A DNA stretch of 32,000 nt from Microcystis aeruginosa NIES-2549 (GCF_000981785.2 NZ_CP011304.1:3990001-4022000); one strand, 5' to 3'; shown: positions 9,546 to 17,602, counted from the first letter of the stretch. The notes: a model not told the origin generated them from the sequence alone. A program made the numbers and translations.

Positions 9546-10391
9546 TTATCGGTTATTACGATCGGTTAAGATTTCGTAACCCGTGGCGGTTACTAAGACA
9601 GTATGTTCAAACTGAGCCGAGAGAGCATTATCCATCGTCACCACCGTCCAACGATCGCGCAAAGTTCTGGTATGTTTAGATCCCGCGTTGACAATTGGTT
9701 CAATGGCTAGAGTCATCCCGGCGCGGAGCTTGACATTGGGTAACTCATTAGTGCGAAAATTAAATACCGAGGGTTCTTCGTGGAGATTTCTGCCGACTCC
9801 ATGACCGGTAAAATCTTCTACCACTTGAAAACCGTTAGCTTGAACGTGATCTTCGATCGCTCCTGCGATATCGAGCAGATAATTGCCGGCTTTTACCTGA
9901 TTTATGCCTTTATATAAAGCTTCTTCCGCCACGCGGATTAATTTTTCGGCTTTGGGAGAGACGGAACCGATAGCGATCGTGATACAGGAATCCCCATGAT
10001 AACCTTGGTAGTAGGCCCCCGTATCTACCTTTAACACAGAACCGGCTTTGAGGCGTTTTTTCGGGCTAGGGATACCGTGAACGACTTCGTTATCAACGGA
10101 GGCACAAATCGAGGCAGGAAAGCCATAATAACCTTTAAAACTGGGAGTAGCACCCATTGCGCGGATACGTTTTTCCGCATAGGCATCCAGATCCGCCGTT
10201 GTCATCCCGGGTTGAGCGATCTCGGCAATTTCCTTGAGGACTGTGGCGGCAATTTTACCCGCTTGTCGCATAATAACGATTTCTGCGGCGGATTTGGTTT
10301 CGATTCCCCGGCGGCTTTTCTGTACTCGCGGCGAACCTATTTGCTCTGGAGTTTTAGTTTCGGGAAAAAGCAGCTTGGTTAGGATATTCAT
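9546..10391 (-). CDS. map: Type I methionine aminopeptidase
   Basis: Motifs [33 protein letters not shown] and QFEHTV give the metal ligand pattern. Confidence 0.95.
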   Translation of the reverse strand: MNILTKLLFPETKTPEQIGSPRVQKSRRGIETKSAAEIVIMRQAGKIAATVLKEIAEIAQPGMTTADLDAYAEKRIRAMGATPSFKGYYGFPASICASVDNEVVHGIPSPKKRLKAGSVLKVDTGAYYQGYHGDSCITIAIGSVSPKAEKLIRVAEEALYKGINQVKAGNYLLDIAGAIEDHVQANGFQVVEDFTGHGVGRNLHEEPSVFNFRTNELPNVKLRAGMTLAIEPIVNAGSKHTRTLRDRWTVVTMDNALSAQFEHTVLVTATGYEILTDRNNR

Positions 10392-10715
10392 GGAAAGTTG
10401 GCTGTCGAGTCTTTACTTAACTTAGCATTTTCCCAGCGATCGATGACCACTCTAGAGAAATCAAAAATCTTCCCTTAGCTGAGGAGACAGGACATAGGAG
10501 TGGGGAGAAGGGAGTGTGGTAGTAGGGAGATGAGGATAAAAAAGACAAGAGACAATTATTATAGGCATAAAACCGAAGATTATCGCAAATTTATCTGATT
10601 TTTAAGATATTTTGAGCCGATAGCACCTCGAGAACTTACTTTTGCAGGAGGTCTCAGGAACATCTAGAAAAGCTATAGTAGGAAAAAGGCTATTTTTCTG
10701 GCGAGGTGACAATTT

Positions 10716-11033
10716 ATGGCAGTCAAAAAAGAGTTTTCCAGTTTTGAGGAACTGTTGCAAACCACTAATCTTCCCGTGTTAGTGGATTTCTATGCCACTT
10801 GGTGTGGTCCTTGTCAAATGATGGCTCCGATTCTAGAACAAACGGGAATGTATTTCAAAAATCGCCTACAAATTGTCAAAATTGATACAGACAAATATCC
10901 CAATTTAGCCAGTAAGTACGGTATTCAAGCTTTACCCACTTTAGTAGTCTTTAAAAATGGTCAACCGATCGATCGAATCGAGGGAGTGCTGCAGGTTAAC
11001 CAACTGGTTCAACATTTACAAACTCTGTTGTAA
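10716..11033 (+). CDS. Thioredoxin
   Basis: The WCGPC active site sits in VLVDFYATWCGPCQMMAP. The length is 105 aa, and GAGGTGA lies 6 nt upstream of the ATG. Confidence 0.9.
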   Translation: MAVKKEFSSFEELLQTTNLPVLVDFYATWCGPCQMMAPILEQTGMYFKNRLQIVKIDTDKYPNLASKYGIQALPTLVVFKNGQPIDRIEGVLQVNQLVQHLQTLL

Positions 11034-11066
11034 GATGATTTTGAACCAGAACTAGGAGTTAGTGTC

Positions 11067-11351
11067 ATGGCAAAGGCGATTTGGAATGGTGCAGTGGTAG
11101 CGGAAAGCGATAACTGCGAAATTGTCGAGGGAAACTACTATTTTCCCCCCGATACCATCAAAGCTGAATATTTTCAACCCAGTAACACCCATACGATTTG
11201 TTCTTGGAAAGGAGAGGCTAGTTACTATACTCTCAGGGTAGATGGACAGGACAATAAAGATGCCGCTTGGTATTATCCCGATCCTAAGCCAAAAGCCCAA
11301 AATATCAAAGGATATATCGCCTTTTGGCGAGGTGTGCAGGTTGAGAAATGA
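11067..11351 (+). CDS. DUF427 domain protein
   Basis: The N-terminus [14 protein letters not shown] and the motifs [10 protein letters not shown] and IAFW are typical of DUF427. The length is 94 aa. Confidence 0.75.
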   Translation: MAKAIWNGAVVAESDNCEIVEGNYYFPPDTIKAEYFQPSNTHTICSWKGEASYYTLRVDGQDNKDAAWYYPDPKPKAQNIKGYIAFWRGVQVEK

Positions 11352-11821
11352 TCGCCATCTACCCCGGCAGCTTCGATCCAGTTACACTCGGTCATTTAGA
11401 TATTATCGAACGTAGTGTGCCACTATTCGAGCGAGTCATCGTGGCAGTTCTCTGCAATCCCCATAAAAACCCCTTATTTAGCGTCGAACAACGCATAGAA
11501 CAGATCAGCTACTGTACAAAACACCTGAAAAACGTTGAGATAGACAGTTTTTCAGGATTAACGGTTGAATATGCCAGATTGAGAGGGGCCAAGGTACTTT
11601 TGCGGGGGTTGCGAGTCCTCTCCGACTTTGAAAAAGAACTGCAAATGGCCCATACCAATAAAACTCTCTGGGAAGGGATCGAAACGGTTTTTTTAGCCAC
11701 CACTAAAGAATATAGTTTTTTAAGCAGTAGCGTGGTTAAAGAAATCGCTCAATTCGGTGGCTCCGTCAGCCATCTAGTCCCGGAAAACGTTTCTAGAGAT
11801 ATTTACTCATACTACAGTTAA
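11348..11821 (+). CDS. coaD: Phosphopantetheine adenylyltransferase
   Basis: The nucleotidyltransferase motif [19 protein letters not shown] is present. The start overlaps the DUF427 stop as ATGA. Confidence 0.92.
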   Translation: MIAIYPGSFDPVTLGHLDIIERSVPLFERVIVAVLCNPHKNPLFSVEQRIEQISYCTKHLKNVEIDSFSGLTVEYARLRGAKVLLRGLRVLSDFEKELQMAHTNKTLWEGIETVFLATTKEYSFLSSSVVKEIAQFGGSVSHLVPENVSRDIYSYYS

Positions 11822-11857
11822 CATACTAGAATACAGTAATGAGGACGATCTGAACCT

Positions 11858-12517
11858 ATGGCGCGCCGAGAACCTAATGATCGCAGAAAAGCAGTACCTA
11901 ACACTTCTAATAGTGGGGTTCCCAGTCCACCCGTCGATTTCGATATCTATCAGGATTTGGCGCGTCTGCAAGAGATGATTTTTGATAGTTTCCATATCCC
12001 CCTCACCCGTTGGACAATGATCGATGAGGGACAGATATCCGAACAGATCGATCTCATCTATGAAACCGTGCCACCGGCAGTACAGAAAGCTTTAGCAATT
12101 TTGCAGGAAGAACAGGAAATTATCACTAAAGCGGAAGAATACGCTCAACAAGTCCTTCGTTCCGCTCAACAAAGAGCCGCCCAAATTCTCGATGAGTCCG
12201 GTATTATTCAACAAGCAGAACGGCAAGCGGCCCAAATTCGTCAACGGGTTCAGCAGGAGTGCGAATCCTTGCAACAACAAACCCTCGATGAAATCGAACA
12301 GATGCGTCACAGCGCCGTGCAGGAAGTGCAACAGTTACGACAAAAAACCCAAGTTGAATGTCATGAAATTCAAAAAGGCGCTGACAACTATGCCGAAGCG
12401 GTTTTAGAAGATCTCGAGGGACAATTAGGGCAAATGTTACAAGTTATCCGCAACGGTCGTCAACAGGTAAGATCGAAACCAACATCGTTAAAAAATCTAC
12501 CCGGAGAACGTCCTTAA
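11858..12517 (+). CDS. Gln/Glu-rich coiled-coil protein, possibly DivIVA/Cdv3-like
   Basis: The length is 219 aa. A long heptad-like region (AQQVLRSAQQRAAQILDESGIIQQAERQAAQIRQRVQQE...) is present. The family call is tentative. Confidence 0.45.
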   Translation: MARREPNDRRKAVPNTSNSGVPSPPVDFDIYQDLARLQEMIFDSFHIPLTRWTMIDEGQISEQIDLIYETVPPAVQKALAILQEEQEIITKAEEYAQQVLRSAQQRAAQILDESGIIQQAERQAAQIRQRVQQECESLQQQTLDEIEQMRHSAVQEVQQLRQKTQVECHEIQKGADNYAEAVLEDLEGQLGQMLQVIRNGRQQVRSKPTSLKNLPGERP

Positions 12518-12633
12518 TCAGTTATCAGTTATCAGTTATCAGTTATCAGATGTAAGTTTTAAGTTAATTAGTTAGTTATCTTTATCCCTGATTACTGTTT
12601 ACTATTTACCGATCACTACTGATAAATGATAAC
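12512..12633. repeat. Heptamer hairpin element, copy 1
   Basis: The left arm is CCTTAAT(CAGTTAT)x4 CAGATG at 12512-12552. A degenerate inverse arm (CTGATTA CTGTTTA CTATTTA ...) lies at 12588-12633. Confidence 0.85.
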
Positions 12634-12641
12634 GGAATTTC

Positions 12642-13439
12642 ATGAATAACTCCTCCTCGAATTCCCATTTATTCGGACGCTTTCTCAGCGGGTTATTCAG
12701 CTGGAAAATTTGGTTATTTGTCCAGATATTTCAAGGCAGTAAAAGCTTTTATCGATTCCTGTATCATTATTTATATCGTCGTCCTAAAATTGATCGCATT
12801 CTCGGTAGCGATGTCATCTATATTCCTGAGAAAAAACTTTATAGCATTCCCCTCGATGTGCTGAAAATGGAGCAGCAAATGGTTAATAGTGATCACCAGC
12901 AATTGACTTCTGTTACTACTTGGAAAGTTAAAACGATTCATCCTACCATCACCGAAACCGAGATCCAATTCCACGATATTACCGTCGATTTACAACAGGT
13001 ACACCTGATTAAATCAGACCTTGATAACTACGATTATACTAATACTCGCCGCTTGGCTCCTCTGGTGAAAACCTTACTTTTTGAAATTAACCCCAAAATT
13101 GCCAGTTTAGTGGAAAAGAGAAATCAATTACATAGACTGCGAAATCTGGCCGCATCTTCGGAAATTTTTCATTCACAAACCCCATTGTATGATCGAGCAA
13201 TTAATCAAGTCCAGCTAATTATTGATCAAGCGGAAACTTTGAGACAAGAATGTTTAAAATTTATCCGAGAAACTCTGATCGAACGGGAATTAGTGCAATC
13301 CGATATCGATAGCAATCTCATTAATTGTAACCTCGATTTTGCCAGTCAATATCAACTAATTCAAGAAAAATATCAACTCTGGAAAGAAGAGGTACAAGCT
13401 TATTTTGAATTAAAAGATTCTTCCCTACCTAAAAATTAA
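12642..13439 (+). CDS. Hypothetical protein with no domain I recognise
   Basis: The ORF is 265 aa with one N-terminal hydrophobic segment (FLSGLFSWKIWLFVQIF) and a helical, Gln/Glu-rich C-terminal half. I see no clear Shine-Dalgarno (SD) ribosome-binding sequence upstream. It looks AT-richer than its neighbours. Confidence 0.5.
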   Translation: MNNSSSNSHLFGRFLSGLFSWKIWLFVQIFQGSKSFYRFLYHYLYRRPKIDRILGSDVIYIPEKKLYSIPLDVLKMEQQMVNSDHQQLTSVTTWKVKTIHPTITETEIQFHDITVDLQQVHLIKSDLDNYDYTNTRRLAPLVKTLLFEINPKIASLVEKRNQLHRLRNLAASSEIFHSQTPLYDRAINQVQLIIDQAETLRQECLKFIRETLIERELVQSDIDSNLINCNLDFASQYQLIQEKYQLWKEEVQAYFELKDSSLPKN

Positions 13440-13444
13440 CTATG

Positions 13445-13513
13445 GTTATCAGTTATCAGTTATCAGTTATCAGTTATCAGTTATCAGTGATCAGTGATCA
13501 GTGATCAGTTACA
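13445..13513. repeat. Heptamer tandem array
   Basis: (GTTATCA)x6 at 13445-13486 is followed by (GTGATCA)x3 at 13487-13507 and then GTTACA. Confidence 0.9.
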
Positions 13514-13791
13514 GGATTTAGTGTAGAGTTCTTGCGTAATTAATTTTTGAGGGTTCAAAAACGGCAAAAATAATGATTAAATTGCATAAAATATGTAAAT
13601 ATAGCGGTTCTCGCATCTGTGCGGCACACTTAAACCTTTGCTGATTAAACTTTTCAACATCGATAATGTACCTCGTGCGAACAGGAAACGCTATAGACCA
13701 TTTAATTGATTATTATTCATTCTTAATTCTCCTGACTCCTGACTTCTAACCCTAACAACAATTTTTGATTTTTACAACAGGATTTAGTATT

Positions 13792-14634
13792 ATGTCTAAT
13801 TTAACGGCAATTCGTGAACATATTTTTGCTTGGGGAAAACGCACCTATATCATGGGTGTTTTGAATGTTACTCCCGATAGTTTTAGTGATGGGGGAGAAT
13901 TTGACAATGTTGAAAATGCCCTGCTACAGGCGATGAAAATGATCGAGGCCGGGGCTGATATAATCGATATCGGTGGTCAATCCAGCCGTCCGGGAGCCGA
14001 AGAAATTAGCCTAGAAGCAGAATTATCGCGAGTTATCCCCGTCATCACCGCTATTCGACAACAAAGTTCTATTCCTATCTCTCTCGATACCACTAGGGCG
14101 ATCGTCGCGGCCGAAGGTATCGCCGCCGGGGCCGATTTGATCAATGATATTTCTGGGGGAACCTTCGATCGCCTATTATTGCCCACGGTGGCTAAATTGG
14201 CTGTTCCCATCATCCTCATGCACCTGCGGGGCAATCCGCAAACGATGCAATCCTTAACACATTATGATGATTTAGTCAAGGAAATTAAAGAATTTTTACA
14301 GAATCGCGTTAAGGAAGCTTTACAGTGGGGTGTTGCTAGGGAAAATATTATCATCGATCCGGGGATTGGTTTCGCCAAAACCGGGACACAAAATCTTGAG
14401 TTATTGCGAGAATTAGGGCAATTTCGGGATTTAGGTTTACCTATTTTAATTGGATTGTCGAGAAAACGCTTTATCGGCGAGATTACAGGCAAAGATGACC
14501 CAAAAGAACGAGTTTTCGGAACGGCGGCGGCCTGTGCTATAGCGATCGCTAAGGGGGCCGATATCCTGCGCGTCCATGATGTGGCCGCGATCGTAGATGT
14601 GAGTAAAGTGGTGGACGCAATCGAGCGAAGTTGA
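13792..14634 (+). CDS. folP: Dihydropteroate synthase
   Basis: Motifs IMGVLNVTPDSFSDGG, DIIDIGGQSSRPG and GADILRVHDV are present. The ATG at 13792 is preferred over the TTG at 13765. Confidence 0.9.
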   Translation: MSNLTAIREHIFAWGKRTYIMGVLNVTPDSFSDGGEFDNVENALLQAMKMIEAGADIIDIGGQSSRPGAEEISLEAELSRVIPVITAIRQQSSIPISLDTTRAIVAAEGIAAGADLINDISGGTFDRLLLPTVAKLAVPIILMHLRGNPQTMQSLTHYDDLVKEIKEFLQNRVKEALQWGVARENIIIDPGIGFAKTGTQNLELLRELGQFRDLGLPILIGLSRKRFIGEITGKDDPKERVFGTAAACAIAIAKGADILRVHDVAAIVDVSKVVDAIERS

Positions 14635-14682
14635 AAATTTTTGCTAGTCTTAGAATCATCCACAGTTCGATCGAAATTAGCG

Positions 14683-15141
14683 ATGAATAGCCAACTAACC
14701 AGCGATCATTGTATGTTACCCGTGATTCGATCTCCCCGGGATTATCAAGTTTTTCGCATTAGCGCTGGGGATACGAATCGTTTAGCGATCGTCTTCGATT
14801 CTACCGTAGCGGGGGATTCCTTGACCGTCTGTGTGGAAATTTTCGATCCTCACGGTTGCACCCCTACCCATCGTCATCATTTTGCCGTAGAAATGTTTTT
14901 TATCCTCAAAGGGGAGGGAATGGCTATCTGTGATGGTAAACCGATTCCCCTAGGTCCAGGGGATAGTTTATTAGTCCGTCCCACGGGTATTCACGAGATT
15001 AGAAATGTGGGAGACGGAAGACTTTATGCACTATGTTTTATGGTTCCCAATGAGGATTTTTCGGAATTAATTCGCAATGGTATCCCAGAGGAGTTAGACG
15101 CAGAAGATTTAGAGGTGTTGATGGGAACTATTAAAGGATAG
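14683..15141 (+). CDS. Cupin-fold protein
   Basis: Cupin motifs are PTHRHHFAVEMFFILKGEG and GDSLLVRPTGIHEIRN. The ATG at 14683 is preferred over the TTG at 14641. Confidence 0.75.
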   Translation: MNSQLTSDHCMLPVIRSPRDYQVFRISAGDTNRLAIVFDSTVAGDSLTVCVEIFDPHGCTPTHRHHFAVEMFFILKGEGMAICDGKPIPLGPGDSLLVRPTGIHEIRNVGDGRLYALCFMVPNEDFSELIRNGIPEELDAEDLEVLMGTIKG

Positions 15142-15158
15142 TCAAGCCATATTATCCC

Positions 15159-15359
15159 TTAAATTTTGGGCTTTTTTTTCAGGAAAAGAGCGATAAAAAA
15201 GGTAAAGGTTCCTCCCAGAAGTCCGAAGATTAGCCAATTTAATCTTGGATAGCCTTTATTGATAGCGATGACTGTAGCAAGGCCACCGATGAGACAATGC
15301 CAGAAAAAAAGCAACAAGAATAAATCCAAGCTCGGGGAAATATCAGCAATTAGTTTCAT
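15159..15359 (-). CDS. Small two-TM membrane protein, function unknown
   Basis: The ORF is 66 aa with two hydrophobic helices and a Lys-rich tail (KKKPKI). Confidence 0.45.
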   Translation of the reverse strand: MKLIADISPSLDLFLLLFFWHCLIGGLATVIAINKGYPRLNWLIFGLLGGTFTFFIALFLKKKPKI

Positions 15360-15474
15360 ATTTTATCAGTAGAGCGATCGAGTTAATTTTTTAGATAGCA
15401 AATCTCTAGAATTTTTCCAATGACCGAATCCCTTAGCCTGTGTTATGTTTACTCACATCGATTAAGTATTTCTC

Positions 15475-15585
15475 TTATTTTTTTGTCCAAGGCCATTTTG
15501 TTCCCATCTCGGTTAAAGCTGAAAAAACTAGATAGAGAATGAGAAAAGCAACACAAAAGAAGAAAGTCAATAAGTCGTTATTCAT
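15475..15585 (-). CDS. Possible 36-aa hydrophobic peptide, below the ORF-track cutoff
   Basis: My hand translation is MNNDLLTFFFCVAFLILYLVFSALTEMGTKWPWTKK with a TAA stop. There is no supporting homology. Confidence 0.2.
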   Translation of the reverse strand: MNNDLLTFFFCVAFLILYLVFSALTEMGTKWPWTKK

Positions 15586-15678
15586 CGAGTTATCCCTGAT
15601 AGCTTAAAGGTCACTGATTCACTACTATCCATTCTACTTAGCAATTACTGCTTTTCTAGATTGTTGAAACAGGTTTGA

Positions 15679-16539
15679 TTATTGTTGCTGTTGTGCCAAA
15701 TAGTTAAGCACTGTTTCCAGAGTCAAGTCTAAGCGTTCCGAGATTTGTTGCGGGGTTAAACCGAGGTCTTGCATCAGAGGAATTGTTTTCAATTTTTGCA
15801 AGTTTATTCCCTGTTCAATTCCCTGTTCAATTCCCTGTTCAATTCCCTGTTCAATTCCCTGTTCAATTCCCTGTTCAATTCCATCTTCAAAAGCTTCTTG
15901 ATAGAAACGAGTTTGTTTTAGGTCTTGTAGTTCTAACATAGCTTCAATTTCCTCTCGACTTTTTTGGGGTAACTTATAAATGATGATCGTTTCGATTAAA
16001 TCAATGACATTTTTCTGTACTAAGCGATCGCTCACTTCTCTTTGAGCCTGTTTAATTAAAATCTTAGCAGAATTAACAGCTTGACTCTCACTTTCCGTAA
16101 CCAATTTGATCAGCGCGATCGCTAAGGAAGGAGTCTCGTCATTTGGCAATTCATCCAGATAGATTCTTTTAATCCTGGCCAAGGATAACAAATCTGCAAA
16201 TTGCTGGGGATGTTCTCGCTCAATTTCTCGGCTAGGATAAATAACAACTATCTGCCACGGTGACAAAGGTTTATACTGTCTAAGATACAAGAAAAGTTCT
16301 GAAAATAATCGATAATATAGGTCTTCATCCTTTTGAAACTGCACTTCTACCAGATAAAAAGGCAAATTTTCCAGATTATCGAGCGGCAAAAATAAACCAT
16401 CCAATCGAAAAGCTAGTTGTTTGACTTCTTGGGAAGTAAATCGATAATTGCTAACGATAGCATCGGGTCGTTCGATTAATTCAAAGAACGAATCGGGAAA
16501 ATCGAGAAACATTCGATAGAATATGCTGTCAGTTTTCAT
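15679..16539 (-). CDS. Rpn-family (PD-(D/E)XK) recombination-promoting nuclease/putative transposase-like protein, copy A
   Basis: The N-terminus KTDSIFYRMFLDFPDSFFELI is typical of cyanobacterial Rpn/DUF2887-type proteins. Nuclease-like residues are D47 (RLDGLF) and E65-x-Q67 (YLVEVQFQK). (GIEQ)6 is followed by an HTH-like tail, GLTPQQISERLDLTLETV. Confidence 0.75.
   Translation of the reverse strand: MKTDSIFYRMFLDFPDSFFELIERPDAIVSNYRFTSQEVKQLAFRLDGLFLPLDNLENLPFYLVEVQFQKDEDLYYRLFSELFLYLRQYKPLSPWQIVVIYPSREIEREHPQQFADLLSLARIKRIYLDELPNDETPSLAIALIKLVTESESQAVNSAKILIKQAQREVSDRLVQKNVIDLIETIIIYKLPQKSREEIEAMLELQDLKQTRFYQEAFEDGIEQGIEQGIEQGIEQGIEQGIEQGINLQKLKTIPLMQDLGLTPQQISERLDLTLETVLNYLAQQQQ
15807..15878 (-). 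repeat. 12-nt in-frame tandem repeat, 6 perfect units, encoding (GIEQ)6
   Basis: The unit TTCCCTGTTCAA occurs six times on the plus strand, with degenerate units on both flanks. Confidence 0.95.
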
Positions 16540-16635
16540 GTCATCGCTGATAGCTTAAAGGTCACTGATTTACTACTATTAATTTGCCAACTACTTAGAA
16601 ATTGCTGCTTTTCTAGATTGTTGAAACAGGTTTGA

Positions 16636-17544
16636 TTATTGTTGCTGTTGTGCCAAATAGTTAAGCACTGTTTCCAGAGTCAAGTCTAAGCGTTCCGAGA
16701 TTTGTTGCGGGGTTAAACCGACTTCTTGCAGTAGAGGAATTGTTTTCAATTTTTGCAAGTTTATTCCCTGTTCAATTCCCTGTTCAATTCCCTGTTCAAT
16801 TCCCTGTTCAATTCCCTGTTCAATTCCCTGTTCAATTCCCCGTTCAATTCCCTGTTCAATTCCCTGTTCAATTCCCTGTTGAATACCATCTCCAAAAGCT
16901 TCTTGATAGAAACGAGTTTGTTTTAGGTCTTGTAGTTCTAACATAGCTTCAATTTCCTCTCGACTTTTTTTGGGTAACTTATAAATGATGATCGTTTCGA
17001 TTAAATCAATGACATTTTTCTGTACTAAGCGATCGCTCACTTCTCTTTGAGCCTGTTTAATTAAAATCTTAGCAGAATTAACAGCTTGACTCTCACTTTC
17101 CGTAACCAATTTGATCATGGCGATCGCTAAGGAAGGAGTCTCATCATTGGCCACTTCATCCAGATAGATTCTTTTAATCCTGTCCAAGGATAACAAATCT
17201 GCAAATTGCTGGGGATGTTCTCGCTCAATTTCTCGACTAGGATAAATAACAACTATCTGCCAGGGTGACAAAGGTTTATACTGTCTAAGATACAAGAAAA
17301 GTTCCGAAAATAATCGATAATATAGGTCTTCATCCTTTTGAAACTGCACTTCTACCAGATAAAAGGGCAAATTTTCCAGATTATCGAGCGGCAAAAATAA
17401 ACCATCCAATCGAAAAGCTAGTTGTTTGACTTCTTGGGAAGTAAATCGATAATTGCTAACGATAGCATCGGGTTGAGCGATTAATTCAAAGAACGAATCG
17501 GGAAAATCGAGAAACATTCGATAGAATATGCTGTCAGTTTTCAT
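16636..17544 (-). CDS. Rpn-family (PD-(D/E)XK) nuclease-like protein, copy B
   Basis: It carries about 12 substitutions relative to copy A and four extra GIEQ units (302 vs 286 aa). Confidence 0.75.
   Translation of the reverse strand: MKTDSIFYRMFLDFPDSFFELIAQPDAIVSNYRFTSQEVKQLAFRLDGLFLPLDNLENLPFYLVEVQFQKDEDLYYRLFSELFLYLRQYKPLSPWQIVVIYPSREIEREHPQQFADLLSLDRIKRIYLDEVANDETPSLAIAMIKLVTESESQAVNSAKILIKQAQREVSDRLVQKNVIDLIETIIIYKLPKKSREEIEAMLELQDLKQTRFYQEAFGDGIQQGIEQGIEQGIERGIEQGIEQGIEQGIEQGIEQGIEQGINLQKLKTIPLLQEVGLTPQQISERLDLTLETVLNYLAQQQQ
16764..16883 (-). repeat. 12-nt in-frame tandem repeat, 10 units, encoding GIQQ-(GIEQ)2-GIER-(GIEQ)6
   Basis: There are ten units of TTCCCTGTTCAA. Variants are unit 7 (TTCCCCGTTCAA, 16836-16847) and unit 10 (TTCCCTGTTGAA, 16872-16883). 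Confidence 0.95.
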
Positions 17545-17602
17545 GCTGTCACAAAATTGCCTGTAATTTCAGCTTAATCCGCCAACAAAAGAGAACTAAC
17601 CT

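Larger units (their letters stand above)
15586..17544 (-). repeat. Head-to-tail tandem duplication of an Rpn-like gene plus its 3' flank
   Basis: Unit 1 spans about 15586-16540 and unit 2 about 16545-17544. The stop codons are offset by 957 nt and the start codons by 1005 nt. The 3' flanks 15586-15678 and 16541-16635 align with small indels. Similarity ends right upstream of each ATG. Confidence 0.9.

Noticed and set aside
10481-10553. Purine-rich tract of about 73 nt with only about 12 pyrimidines, between divergent map and thioredoxin genes
   Set aside because: It has no internal repeat or symmetry and no ORF. It is most simply promoter or spacer sequence with biased composition. A triplex or regulatory role is pure speculation.
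13445-13513. Heptamer arrays and the 12-nt arrays (15807-15878, 16764-16883) considered as CRISPR
   Set aside because: The periods are 7 and 12 nt with no unique spacers and no cas genes. The 12-nt arrays are in-frame coding sequence.
16740-16946. Plus-strand ORF encoding (FPVQ)n
   Set aside because: It is the antisense shadow of the 12-nt repeat inside Rpn-like copy B. The repeat has no stops in that frame, and the minus-strand gene has full-length family-like sequence.
15586-17544. Rpn-like pair considered as a canonical IS element or transposon
   Set aside because: I found no terminal inverted repeats or target-site duplication. The structure is a simple head-to-tail duplication whose boundary is the start codon. 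The family is annotated as putative transposase, but that activity is not established.
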